NCBI GenBank assembly: GCA_050290185.1
Contig: JBNKHE010000002.1
Coordinates: 32,001-96,000 of the forward strand
Reading direction: 5' to 3'
DNA from: Pontiella sp.
GTDB lineage: Bacteria; Verrucomicrobiota; Kiritimatiellia; Kiritimatiellales; Pontiellaceae
DNA: 64,000 bases
Position numbers and translations under genes: made by a program. The notes below the pieces were generated by a model. That model ran no database searches and had not been told where the DNA came from. It saw only the letters and a list, made by a program, of their open reading frames with translations. Shown here piece by piece: positions 10,169-19,768 of the stretch (position 1 is the first letter of the stretch; each line of letters opens with the position of its first letter).

Positions 10169-11101
10169 TTAATCCCGGCAACAATAATAGGTTTCCACGC
10201 CGGTTTTTTCAGTATGCAGCAACCCGGTAGCCACCATTTGCCGGAGCATTTGGTTCACCTCATCTTCCGGCATGTTGAATTCATCGGCCAGTTGCTTGCA
10301 GGTGGCGGGATGGCGCTGGACGAGTCCCAGCAATGCCTGCTCGCTTGGCTCCATCGAGGCAAACCCCTGCTTTTTGAAGGAGGCGGTAATCGATGCCTTT
10401 TCCCCGAACAATTCCACCAAGGCCGCCAAGCGTTTTTCGGGAGGTGCCGAGATTCCTGCAACAGCTGGCGGGCGTATCACGGTATTGATGTCGATGTGGT
10501 CGGGGTTGATGGAACGAACCACCTCCGCAATCCGGCGGCATTGATCCGCATGCGAGTTCATCCCCTCAACGATGAAGACCTCCACCGAAAGTTCGCCTTC
10601 GTACACGTCCCTGAATATGCGTTCGCCTTTCACCAGTAGATCAAAGGTTATCCCTTGTGCCGGCCGGTGAATCTGTTGAAAACTGGCTTCGTCCCAGGCG
10701 CTCAGCGTCACCTTTACCTTGTTGGCCAGGGAAGCCTCCTCGCGCACTTCCGGATAATGGAGCAGCGTCCCATTGGTGAGCAGGACCGACGGGATGGATG
10801 TATGGTCTTTCACCCAGCGGAACACATCGCCGAAATGGACATGCAGAGTCGGCTCGCCGGAGCCGGCCAGGGTGATGTGGTCGGCCAGTCCATCGGTCTG
10901 CTTCCAGTGCTCGAGTTCGGACAGCACATCCTGCATGGGCACGTAATCACCCCGTTCGCTCAGCTCGCAGGGCGTTTCACCCAGCTGGCAGTAGACGCAA
11001 TTCATCGTGCACGTCTTGAATGGAATCAGATCGACGCCGAGAGAGCGGCCCAGCCGGCGCGAAGGCACAGGCCCAAACAGGTATTGGTAGGTTTTCGACA
11101 T
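10169..11101 (-). CDS. radical SAM protein with C-terminal wHTH-like tail
   Basis: FGPVPSRRLGRSLGVD, CTMNCVYC, GSGEPTL. Confidence 0.92.
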   Translation of the reverse strand: MSKTYQYLFGPVPSRRLGRSLGVDLIPFKTCTMNCVYCQLGETPCELSERGDYVPMQDVLSELEHWKQTDGLADHITLAGSGEPTLHVHFGDVFRWVKDHTSIPSVLLTNGTLLHYPEVREEASLANKVKVTLSAWDEASFQQIHRPAQGITFDLLVKGERIFRDVYEGELSVEVFIVEGMNSHADQCRRIAEVVRSINPDHIDINTVIRPPAVAGISAPPEKRLAALVELFGEKASITASFKKQGFASMEPSEQALLGLVQRHPATCKQLADEFNMPEDEVNQMLRQMVATGLLHTEKTGVETYYCCRD

Positions 11102-11160
11102 GACCTAAGAGTGTGCATTTTCACTTGGCGGTTCAAGCCTGCAACACACATACTCCATGT

Positions 11161-12561
11161 ATGAAAACGATTGGCATCATGATCATGATTGTATGCGTAT
11201 CCACGGTTTCATTTGGACAAAAGGCCGGCCAGCTTTATCAGCAACGCTGTGCCGATTGCCATGGCGTACGCTTTCAGGGCGGCAATGCACAAAGCCTCGT
11301 CGACGGTATCTGGCAGTTTGGTGGCGATGAGGCAACCATTGCCGAAAACATCCGGAGCGGGATCGAGCATCTCGGCATGCCGGACTATGGCGATGAATTG
11401 TCCGACGACGAGATCAACGCCCTCGTTCGTTTCTTGCTGGATTCGGAAAAGAAAGCCATCGAACAGCGCGAGCGGATTCCCGACACCCTTAAGACGCTTG
11501 ATTATACCATTGATGTGGATCTGTACGCCGAAGGCCTTGAAGTCCCATGGAGCCTGGCGTTCCTTGATGAAAAAACCGCTCTTGTCACGGAACGTCCCGG
11601 GCGCTTGCGGATCATTGAAAACGGCCGGCTCGATCCAAGGCCGGTGGCCGGAACACCCAAGGTGCTTGCCGAGGGACAAGGCGGATTGCTCGCGGTCGCT
11701 TTCGATCCCGATTACAAGCAAGAGGGCAACCAATGGATCTACCTCGCCTACAGCCATGGACTGGACCCCGAACCAAACGGGAAACGCGCTGGCGCCATGA
11801 CCAAAATCGTGCGCGGCCGGATCAACGGAGGATCGTGGACCGACGAGCAGGTACTCTTCGAAGCGCCGCATGAATCCTATCGCACCACCCGCCATCACTA
11901 CGGCACCCGCATCGTGTTCGACAACGAAAAGAATCTCTACTTCGCCATCGGCGAGCGCGGGCATGGCCGCGACGCACAGGACTTGTCCAAACCCAACGGC
12001 AAGATCCATCGCATCCACCGCGATGGCAGCATCCCAAAGGACAACCCGTTCCGCCTGAAGAAGGATGTAATGGATTCCATCTGGTCCTACGGTCACCGCA
12101 ACCCGCAGGGACTGGCCTACAACCCTGCAACGGATCAGCTATGGGAATCCGAGCACGGCCCCAAGGGCGGCGATGAAATCAATCTGATCCTCCCTGCAAA
12201 AAACTATGGCTGGCCCGTCATCACCTACGGCATCAACTACAACGACACCATCATTACGGACATCGTTCGCAAGGAAGGAATGGAGCAACCCGCCTTCTAC
12301 TGGCGCCCCTCCACCGCCACCTGCGGCCTGACATTCTACCACGGCGACCTCTTTCCGAAATGGAACAACAAGCTGCTTGCCGGCGCATTAAAGTTTGAAG
12401 ATGTCCGCTTGCTAGACATCGAAAATGACCGCGTCATGCACGAAGAGATTATTCTCAAGGGTTCCGGCCGTGTACGCGACGTCGTTTGCGGTCCCGACGG
12501 CGCCATCTACGTGATCCTCAATGATCCCGGGACCATCCTGCGCCTCACCCCAAAGCGGTAG
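11161..12561 (+). CDS. cytochrome c + PQQ-dependent glucose/sorbosone dehydrogenase fusion
   Basis: signal peptide; CADCH heme motif; GQGGLL, YGHRNPQG, EHGPKGGDEIN, NYGWP, GRVRDV. Confidence 0.92.
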   Translation: MKTIGIMIMIVCVSTVSFGQKAGQLYQQRCADCHGVRFQGGNAQSLVDGIWQFGGDEATIAENIRSGIEHLGMPDYGDELSDDEINALVRFLLDSEKKAIEQRERIPDTLKTLDYTIDVDLYAEGLEVPWSLAFLDEKTALVTERPGRLRIIENGRLDPRPVAGTPKVLAEGQGGLLAVAFDPDYKQEGNQWIYLAYSHGLDPEPNGKRAGAMTKIVRGRINGGSWTDEQVLFEAPHESYRTTRHHYGTRIVFDNEKNLYFAIGERGHGRDAQDLSKPNGKIHRIHRDGSIPKDNPFRLKKDVMDSIWSYGHRNPQGLAYNPATDQLWESEHGPKGGDEINLILPAKNYGWPVITYGINYNDTIITDIVRKEGMEQPAFYWRPSTATCGLTFYHGDLFPKWNNKLLAGALKFEDVRLLDIENDRVMHEEIILKGSGRVRDVVCGPDGAIYVILNDPGTILRLTPKR

Positions 12562-12582
12562 GGCGGTTTCGATGAAACCGCC
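12558..12582 (+). repeat. GTAG-footed palindrome (REP-like or terminator)
   Basis: GTAG-ggcggtttc-gat-gaaaccgcc; the GTAG overlaps the stop codon. Confidence 0.6.
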
Positions 12583-12615
12583 GTGATTGCGGACGGGGGT
12601 TTGTGCAAAATGGAT

Positions 12616-13230
12616 TTAACGCCGTTTACCGGCCATCACCAATCCAACGATACCCAGAAGAAGGGCGACGCCACCGGAAATCAAAACGCTTTTGCTGGGA
12701 ATCAGGACATTTCTTCGCAAGGCCACATCCAAGTTGGCGACAGCCAGGTCACCATCATCCCCTCTCCTAACAGACAGGGTGTATGGACCGGCTTCCTCCA
12801 CTGAGAAGGTATTGATGGGAATAGTCACCTTGGGCAGCGTGACTCCGATTTTAAGGGGCTTCTCATCCTTCTTATCGTTCTTGGGTGACACGGAAAAGGT
12901 CTTTGACCACACCGTCGCATTTTCTTTGGCGAGTTCGGTGCGGTACGTCGCCCGCTTCCTCCTTGCAGAGGCTGGCTTCATGTACCGCACAACGGCATTC
13001 ACGGAGATGGGATTCATTTCAGGAGTCAGCTCAAATTCAACAGGCGTATTCCACTGGGCATTGTCACCCGAGCTTTGAAAGGTTACCCCGCCGGCACTGA
13101 AGGAACTCACATCCTGGCTGAACATAGTAACCCGCTGCAGCGACGCGCCGCTAAACGACGTGCAATAGAAAAAATAGCCGGGGCATAGTATCAGCCCTGC
13201 AAGCAACAAAATGGATGAAATCGTTTTCAT
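12616..13230 (-). CDS. hypothetical membrane protein (N- and C-terminal hydrophobic segments)
   Basis: 204-aa ORF with a beta-rich middle region; no family recognised. Confidence 0.7.
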   Translation of the reverse strand: MKTISSILLLAGLILCPGYFFYCTSFSGASLQRVTMFSQDVSSFSAGGVTFQSSGDNAQWNTPVEFELTPEMNPISVNAVVRYMKPASARRKRATYRTELAKENATVWSKTFSVSPKNDKKDEKPLKIGVTLPKVTIPINTFSVEEAGPYTLSVRRGDDGDLAVANLDVALRRNVLIPSKSVLISGGVALLLGIVGLVMAGKRR

Positions 13231-13393
13231 GGCATTCTTCTTTCATTTTGCCCGACGAATAGGCTTTTGAGTGGATTTCTTCGTATCCTGCTTAAGGGAG
13301 GAAGGGATTTCAAGGGAAGGATAGAACCAATGTGCATGCTCAACGGTTTCTGTATATAGATCTGCCGGCTACACGGCTCCCCGTTCCCAGCCG

Positions 13394-14083
13394 TCAATTC
13401 CGTTCGTACCATTCCAACGGGCCGGGCAGGTCACGGTTCGTATATTCGATGTGGATCACCCGGCGGTGCATGGGCTTGACCGCCCGTTTCGACGAATGAA
13501 GCAGCAAGGGCCGCATCAGCACGACATCACCAGCCTGCACGCAACAGGTCTCGACCTTTCCACGACCCACGTGATCGTGAATATCCTTTTCCGGAATCCG
13601 TCCACAAGCATGGCTTCCCGGCACGACCAACAGCGCTCCGTTGGCTTCATCGGCATCATCCAGATGAATGCGCAGGGTAATCATTCCTTCCAGCACGGAA
13701 GTCGGCGGCGACACATGCGGAATGCCTGCCTTGACGGTCCACGGCCCGAAACCTTCCACCTCGGCCTGTTCACACACCGCAATCGATAGATCCTGATGCC
13801 AGAGCACCGGCCAGTTCGCCGACTCGATCTTGTCGAAAAAAATGCCCCGAACCGGAAACCCGCCCACACCAATCGCCCCCTCGACCAGATTGAGCAATCG
13901 TGTAGCGCGAGCCAACGCACCGATCTCCAGAATTTGCCTAAGCAGATCGCGACGCCCCGAAGAACCTCGCTCTGCCACGTACGAATCGAGCAGCGATCGA
14001 TAACGGCCAATGTCTTCATCGCTCAGCACAGACCGGCAAATGCCATAGCCAGACGCTTCAAGCGAACCGATCTTATCTGTCAT
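13394..14083 (-). CDS. phytanoyl-CoA dioxygenase (PhyH) family 2OG-Fe(II) oxygenase
   Basis: FFDK..NW.VLWHQD, RIHLDD..NGALLVVPGSH, LLLHSS, RRVIH; ATGA overlap with the upstream gene. Confidence 0.9.
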   Translation of the reverse strand: MTDKIGSLEASGYGICRSVLSDEDIGRYRSLLDSYVAERGSSGRRDLLRQILEIGALARATRLLNLVEGAIGVGGFPVRGIFFDKIESANWPVLWHQDLSIAVCEQAEVEGFGPWTVKAGIPHVSPPTSVLEGMITLRIHLDDADEANGALLVVPGSHACGRIPEKDIHDHVGRGKVETCCVQAGDVVLMRPLLLHSSKRAVKPMHRRVIHIEYTNRDLPGPLEWYERN

Positions 14084-14331
14084 ACCTGCCTCCTCCAAAT
14101 CGTCTGCTCGTTCTTGCGGACTTCGCGGATGCGGTGGAACGGGATAGCGAGGACTTCACCGTCGATGGTGATGCTGAAGGAGAAGTGGTTGCCCGTTTCC
14201 ATGTGCAGTTCTTCGAGCGGATGGAACTCGACGACGTCGGCGACGCGGTCGTAGATGCCGACATCGAACGAGTCCTTTCCAAACTCATCATCCCAACGGA
14301 TGCGGCTCAACAGCTTCCGGATCGTTTCCAT
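14080..14331 (-). CDS. DUF504 / MJ1316-like domain protein (intact copy)
   Basis: IRKLLSRIRWD..F..GIYDRV..IPFHRIREV..IWRR. Confidence 0.85.
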   Translation of the reverse strand: METIRKLLSRIRWDDEFGKDSFDVGIYDRVADVVEFHPLEELHMETGNHFSFSITIDGEVLAIPFHRIREVRKNEQTIWRRQV

Positions 14332-14387
14332 GAAGCAGATTTAAACACCAAGTCACCAAGAACGCAAAGTTATGCCGAGGCCGGAAT

Positions 14388-14464
14388 GGGGCCACGGACT
14401 AACACACGATTCCGCTCAAACGAAAGAAATTGCCACGAAGGAATTAGCGTTCATCCGTGGCCCC
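14388..14464. repeat. short element with 11-bp terminal inverted repeats
   Basis: ggggccacgga ... tccgtggcccc. Confidence 0.65.
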
Positions 14465-14483
14465 GCCCCAGTTGCGCTTCGGG

Positions 14484-14903
14484 TCAATTTAGACGGGCAA
14501 GAGTCGGTGACCAAAAGTGTGTTTCCCCATCAACGGTTTTGTAGAATCCATGGGGAATCTTTCCGAGCATTGCGCTCATCTCTTTCGTACTGATACGCTT
14601 TACTTCTACAGCGGAATCGCGGGTTGAAAAGGTGGTAAACGTACTCTCGGACACGTTTGCCGAGGCCGTGCCGAATACGACTACGTCTTCCTTCCCGTTG
14701 TTTTGGTCAGGCACGGAGGCCTGAGCCTGATGATCGGAGCCATCGTGCGATGCAGGTCGAAACCAAACAGCCAGAGTGGCCAACAACAAACAAAGAATGA
14801 AACCGGCACGTCGCTGATTCCTGCAACGCCTTTTGTGCCGGACGGCAAGAAGCGTTTGCTCCAGCACTTGTTCCGAAAAATGATCATTGTTTTTCATATG
14901 CAT
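14484..14903 (-). CDS. putative anti-sigma-like single-pass membrane protein
   Basis: short cytoplasmic N-terminus, basic patch, one TM, then a C-terminal domain; directly downstream of an ECF sigma gene. Confidence 0.65.
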   Translation of the reverse strand: MHMKNNDHFSEQVLEQTLLAVRHKRRCRNQRRAGFILCLLLATLAVWFRPASHDGSDHQAQASVPDQNNGKEDVVVFGTASANVSESTFTTFSTRDSAVEVKRISTKEMSAMLGKIPHGFYKTVDGETHFWSPTLARLN

Positions 14904-14911
14904 TTCCTCGT

Positions 14912-15496
14912 TCAGGAATCTCCCTTCATGGCATCACGCAATTTCGCACGGATCCGGGCCAGCTTGGATTCAATGGCCTTGGCGCTGGTATTGAATTGCT
15001 CCGCCAAATCCACGTAGCTGCACCGGGCATAATATTTTCCTTCGATCAGCGCGCGGTCTTCCGGCGAAAGTGATTCCATGCACCGCTCCAGCTCGCCCAA
15101 CCGTTCCATGGCGGCATCGTCGGCATGGCGGCCCAGTTCCGTCCTATGCGCCAACTGCTCCATATATCGCATGCGGCGCAAGCGTTTGCGCCCGGCATCC
15201 GCGGCTACGCATTTTGCCAGACAAGCCAGCCAGTCCCAAAAAGAGGATTCATCTTCAAAGCGGCGAATATGCCGGACCACCCGCAGCATGGTTTGCTGCA
15301 CCAGATCGGCGGCCCGATCTTCGTTTCCGCGCTGCAACACGATTTGGTAACGGAAAAGCCGGTTAAAGTAGGCGTGATGAAACGACCGCCAGGCCGCTTC
15401 ATCTCCCTTCTTCATCGACGTCGTCAAACGTGCAATGGATTCATCATCCAGTAGAGCCATCATCCCCTCGATGCAGGATCGGTATTGCTCCGGCAT
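14912..15496 (-). CDS. ECF sigma-70 factor
   Basis: GDEAAW, AADLVQQT, F..WL, LSPEDRALI..KY, AIESKLARIRAKLR. Confidence 0.9.
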   Translation of the reverse strand: MPEQYRSCIEGMMALLDDESIARLTTSMKKGDEAAWRSFHHAYFNRLFRYQIVLQRGNEDRAADLVQQTMLRVVRHIRRFEDESSFWDWLACLAKCVAADAGRKRLRRMRYMEQLAHRTELGRHADDAAMERLGELERCMESLSPEDRALIEGKYYARCSYVDLAEQFNTSAKAIESKLARIRAKLRDAMKGDS

Positions 15497-15516
15497 TTAT
15501 TGCAAATCGATCGTTT

Positions 15517-16395
15517 CTATTGAACAGCGTTCCGGACGTTTTCCAGATCACTTGCCAACTGGCGGATCTCCGCCTGTAACGCCTCCAGCCTCTGGTGCAA
15601 GGAATAGTTCCTTTCCCGGATCTCCTCCATTTCCGCCTCAAGCTTAGCCATATTCTGCGATAAAGATTGATTCTCTGTTTCGATATTTTTTACCGCCTCC
15701 TTGAGTTCCTCCACTTGATCACTGTCCGTCGCAATAGATGGGTTCTTCCTTTCAGCATTTTCCAAGGCCGTCTTGAGTTCCTCCATTTGCTGGCTGTCCC
15801 CTGTAATGGGTTCGAGTTTTTCAAGAACACCTTGTACTATGCGGAATTGCTCTTCGGTTAAAGATGCCATTAGCATCGATGTTTCTTCATTGAAGGAAAA
15901 GTTCGGACGCGGAACTCCCATGATATTGTATGCTTCTCCAATCACACCAAAAATCTCTTTAGAGGCATGCACTTCCAGCAGGGGTGCCATAGGATACACA
16001 AACAAGGTGGTCGGTGGCGGGAACGTCATCTGACTGAGGGAAGGATCATGATACTGTACAAACATGGTATTAGAATTTCCAACGGAACCGCTAAAATTCT
16101 CGGCAATTGTGTCAAGAATATCCCAGAGTTCACGACAATTGGTTTGTTTCAGGTTTATCGGCGGAACAAGGGCAGAGCTTGCAAATTCATCATCGATCAC
16201 GATTATGTTTAGATTCGGCAGGGCTTCCTTCACATGAATCAGAATTTGTTCAACGGACCCACCTCCAAAATCGAGGTCGAAGCGCTTGTCTAGAGGCCCC
16301 ATCTCCTCTGCCGCAACGGGCAGACACACCGCAGCCATCAACAGCACAACCGCGAAAACGGATTTACACTGAGAATTCATCATTGATTTTTTCAT
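15517..16395 (-). CDS. secreted hypothetical protein with C-terminal coiled coil
   Basis: AGGAG RBS; signal peptide AVCLPVAA; FDLDFGGGS; 24-aa internal repeat; AT-richer than flanks. Confidence 0.75.
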   Translation of the reverse strand: MKKSMMNSQCKSVFAVVLLMAAVCLPVAAEEMGPLDKRFDLDFGGGSVEQILIHVKEALPNLNIIVIDDEFASSALVPPINLKQTNCRELWDILDTIAENFSGSVGNSNTMFVQYHDPSLSQMTFPPPTTLFVYPMAPLLEVHASKEIFGVIGEAYNIMGVPRPNFSFNEETSMLMASLTEEQFRIVQGVLEKLEPITGDSQQMEELKTALENAERKNPSIATDSDQVEELKEAVKNIETENQSLSQNMAKLEAEMEEIRERNYSLHQRLEALQAEIRQLASDLENVRNAVQ

Positions 16396-16485
16396 CTCGA
16401 TCTCCTTTTGCGTTAAACATGATCTATACGGAACACGTCGCTCCTTGCCATATCCCTCGAAAAATATCTACTGCTCAATATCCTC

Positions 16486-16730
16486 TCAACGCCTCCAAAT
16501 ACATTTGCCATTCTTTCGGACTTCACGGATGCGGTGAAAGGGAATGGTCAAGACCTCGCCATCGACGCAGATAGTGGAAGAAAATGGTTGCCCTTTTCGA
16601 GGTACAGTTCTTCGAGGAGATGGAATTCAACAGTATCGTCGACGCGATCGCAGATGCCGACGTCGAACGAGCCCTTTCCAAACTCATCATCCCAGTGGAT
16701 GCGGTTCAACAGCTCCCGGATCGTTTCCAT
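16486..16730 (-). pseudogene. frameshifted second copy of the DUF504 gene
   Basis: METIRELLNRIHWDDEFGKGSFDVGICDRV...GNHF, then a 1-nt deletion, then ICVDGEVLTIPFHRIREVRKNGKCIWRR*; 245 nt where 246 is expected. Confidence 0.85.
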
Positions 16731-16866
16731 GAAACAGATTTAAACACCAAGTCACTAAGAACACAAAGACAGAGCGCTTCCTAAACGCAGTGTCATCATC
16801 TCGCGCAAACACTCAAAAGCGGATCAAAATGACAGCCCACGGGATTCAGCGTCCGCGCCCAAATGA

Positions 16867-17412
16867 TCAAGCGGTTCCATAGGCATCAACCGCTGCTTGC
16901 ATGGCCATGAACATGACCTCAATGGCTTTTTTGGTAATATCATCCGTGAGGTTAAGCCCGTCATCGAATTTGCACTGCGCATCGGGCACATTGATGGAGC
17001 CCTCGACGACCACTCTTGCATTCATTGCAAAGAGGATGAGAACCAAGGGGCTGTGCGAGCGGACACCGCCAAGACCGCTGGTCGATACACTGGTCGCCAC
17101 CACGGGCTTGAAAACCAGCGCATCCGACGACACAAACCAATCAAGCATGTTCTTCAACGCACCCGGAATTCCATGGGCGTACTCCGGAGTACTGATGATT
17201 ACGCCGTCGGCGTCACGGATCATGGAACCCAATTGCTGCACCGATTCAGGGAGATCGTCATCGGCGACATCGGGATGGAAAATAGGGATGTCCTGTATTC
17301 GATCATAGACCGTCATGGTCGACCCTTCCGGACATTGCTGCTGCATTGCCCGAACGAGTGCTCGATTATAGGATTCTTCCCGAACGCTCCCCGCTATAGC
17401 CAATAACTTCAT
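16867..17412 (-). CDS. NADPH-dependent FMN reductase (flavodoxin-like, ChrR/SsuE family)
   Basis: AIAGSVREESYN, ADGVIISTPEYAHGIPGALKNMLDW. Confidence 0.92.
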   Translation of the reverse strand: MKLLAIAGSVREESYNRALVRAMQQQCPEGSTMTVYDRIQDIPIFHPDVADDDLPESVQQLGSMIRDADGVIISTPEYAHGIPGALKNMLDWFVSSDALVFKPVVATSVSTSGLGGVRSHSPLVLILFAMNARVVVEGSINVPDAQCKFDDGLNLTDDITKKAIEVMFMAMQAAVDAYGTA

Positions 17413-17510
17413 GCTGCCGATCCCTCCATCCACAAAACTCGAAATCCCGGTCATTGCCTCACCGAAATCAAGTGGCGGACCTTGCGAAATGAACCACAAT
17501 CGGACAAGCG

Positions 17511-17540
17511 AAAAACATTGAGCGAACGTTTCCGCTCAAA
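17511..17540 (-). terminator. probable intrinsic terminator after pbpC
   Basis: minus strand ttgagcg-gaaacgtt-cgctcaa followed by tgttttt. Confidence 0.6.
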
Positions 17541-17551
17541 TGCAGAACGCA

Positions 17552-19768
17552 TCACTCCACCATGATTTGCACCTGGGCGGCGTGACCGTTGGCGTCGGCG
17601 CAGGCGATGGTGTGCGCGCCTTTTTCGAGCGGCCAGAAAATCGGTTGCCCGGCATCGTCGGCATGCAGCAGCTCATTGTCGACGAACCAGTAGAGTGTGT
17701 TGTTGCTCAAGCCGGAGGCGACGAGCTTGATCTCCTGCCGGATGCCGGGCGAGGCCGGTAGCATGCGAAAGGTTTCTCCGTCAACGGGAGACACAATATC
17801 CAAGCCGTGTTCCGTGGCCCCGCTCTCCGTATCGCACATGCCGCGCTGATCGAGAAAGGACTGCACCTCGGCCGGCCAAATCTCCTGCCCGCTGCGATGA
17901 ATTCCACAATGTTGCACCGGGGAAATCCGCGGAATGTAGAGATCGGCAATGGTGTGCGGGCAATCCGGGCCGGGTGCCAATCCGCTGCATGTGCAGACCT
18001 GCCGGAGTTCAAGTCCGGCTGGCTTTGCATACCAAGGTGAATGCCCGTCCGGATAGAGCCGCCGGAAGATATCGCCAACCACCGGGCCGGCGGCGGTTCC
18101 TCCCACCAAGGCTTCCGATGGAGTGCCGTCGGGATTGCCCAGCCATACGCCAACCACATAGTCGGGATTATAGCCGACGGCCCACGCATCGCGATGGCCG
18201 GAGGACGTGCCGGTCTTCCAGGCGATACGCGGCAGAACAACGTCGGCCATATGACCAACCAGTTCATCCGAACGCTCGTCGCCGCCCAAGATGTCGGCAA
18301 TCATGTAGGCGCCCTCGGCAGAAAAGATTTGTTGCTCCTCTCCCGCTGGTTCGTTTGCCAGAAACCTCAGTGGCTGCCATCTACCACCTCGCGCCAGACA
18401 GGCGTAGGCATTGGAAAGGTCGAGCAACGTCGCTTCGCAACTACCAACCACGACGCCAAGTCCATAATATTCCGCCGGATGATCGATGGTGGTAAATCCG
18501 AGTTGCCGCAACTCGGCAACAAAAGCATCGAGCCCCACCTGCTCCACGCACTTCAACGCCGGGATATTGAGCGACTGCACCAACGCGCGACGAACACTGA
18601 CCGGACCACAATATTCGAGACTGTAGTTTTGCGGCGTGTAGCCTGCAAAGTGCATCGGAACATCGGCCATCATCGTGGCCGACGTGCATAGTCCCTGATC
18701 CATCGCGGCGGCATAGGCAAACGGCTTCAGCGTCGAGCCCGGCGAACGGCGGGCAACAACACCGTTCACCTGACCCGACGCCGAAACATTCCAAAACTCC
18801 GGCGACCCCACCATGGCGAGCAGTTCGCCCGAATGCACATCGATCACCACCACCGCACCTCCATGTACGCCAAGTCCGGACAGCTCGTCGATGTGGCGCT
18901 GCAATGCGCTTTCCGCCAAATGATGAATATCGAGATCAAGGGTGGTATCCAGGTTGGCCCGACCGGGATAGCGCTGAAGGATAAAGTCGCAAAAGTGCGG
19001 CGCGAGAAACGGTAGCGCCTTCCGACGGATCTCAAGCGGTTGGTTGTGCGCTGCCTTGAGCTGCCCGCGCGTGATCATGCCGTTTTCCAGCATACGCGAA
19101 AGCACCACGTCGCGCTGCCGCAGCGCCATCGCAAGATGACGGTCCGGCCGCAAATAGGACGGCGACTGCGGCAAGCCGGCCAGCATGGCGGATTCGGCTA
19201 GACTCAGATTGCAGGCCGGCTTGCCGAAATAGCGCTGGCTCGCGGCTTCAATACCGTAGACGTTGCCCCCGAAGGGCGCCCGGTTGAGGTATTGCTCCAG
19301 GATCTCGTCCTTCGAAAGGTGCGACTCCAACTGGCGGGCGTTATGGGCTTCGACCAGCTTCGTCCAGAGATTGCGTTTGCGCGGCTCGGTCAGTTTGACC
19401 ACCAGCGTCGTGAGGGTCGATGCCCCCGACACCACCTTGCGGCAAACCAGATCATAGACGGCAGCCCGGCAAACCGCAACGGGATCGACGCCGCCGTGCT
19501 GATAGAAACGTTTATCCTCGAACGCCACCACCGCCCGGCCCGTCCACTCGCCAGTCTGCGCAAGCGGAACAGGATCGCACAGGATTTGACTTTCATCGGG
19601 CACCATCCGCAATGGCCTCCCGTGGCGGTCACGGATTTTCACCACCGCATCGAAATCCTCCAAGTCGCCGCGATAGTCGGGGATCGACCACCACACCACT
19701 CCGAACACAATCAAGCCAAAAACCACCATGCGAATGAATGCATTCCTGCTGATCATGCGAATTCTCAT
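17552..19768 (-). CDS. pbpC: penicillin-binding protein 1C
   Basis: transglycosylase EDKRFYQHGGVD, SGASTLT, YLNRAPFGGN; transpeptidase SPGSTLKPF, SLN, KTGTS; C-terminal BiPBP-like domain. Confidence 0.95.
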   Translation of the reverse strand: MRIRMISRNAFIRMVVFGLIVFGVVWWSIPDYRGDLEDFDAVVKIRDRHGRPLRMVPDESQILCDPVPLAQTGEWTGRAVVAFEDKRFYQHGGVDPVAVCRAAVYDLVCRKVVSGASTLTTLVVKLTEPRKRNLWTKLVEAHNARQLESHLSKDEILEQYLNRAPFGGNVYGIEAASQRYFGKPACNLSLAESAMLAGLPQSPSYLRPDRHLAMALRQRDVVLSRMLENGMITRGQLKAAHNQPLEIRRKALPFLAPHFCDFILQRYPGRANLDTTLDLDIHHLAESALQRHIDELSGLGVHGGAVVVIDVHSGELLAMVGSPEFWNVSASGQVNGVVARRSPGSTLKPFAYAAAMDQGLCTSATMMADVPMHFAGYTPQNYSLEYCGPVSVRRALVQSLNIPALKCVEQVGLDAFVAELRQLGFTTIDHPAEYYGLGVVVGSCEATLLDLSNAYACLARGGRWQPLRFLANEPAGEEQQIFSAEGAYMIADILGGDERSDELVGHMADVVLPRIAWKTGTSSGHRDAWAVGYNPDYVVGVWLGNPDGTPSEALVGGTAAGPVVGDIFRRLYPDGHSPWYAKPAGLELRQVCTCSGLAPGPDCPHTIADLYIPRISPVQHCGIHRSGQEIWPAEVQSFLDQRGMCDTESGATEHGLDIVSPVDGETFRMLPASPGIRQEIKLVASGLSNNTLYWFVDNELLHADDAGQPIFWPLEKGAHTIACADANGHAAQVQIMVE

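Noticed and set aside
11120..11136. TTCAC-N7-TTCAA upstream of the cytochrome-GSDH gene
   Set aside because: Spacing is 7 rather than 6 and there is a single pair; not accepted as a cre-tag
16486..16730. Programmed frameshift in the second DUF504 copy
   Set aside because: No clear slippery heptamer or stimulatory structure; substitutions at conserved positions favour decay
14080..16768. Integron cassettes or diversity-generating retroelement as the cause of the repeats
   Set aside because: No integrase, attC-like sites or reverse transcriptase in the window; differences between copies are not adenine-specific
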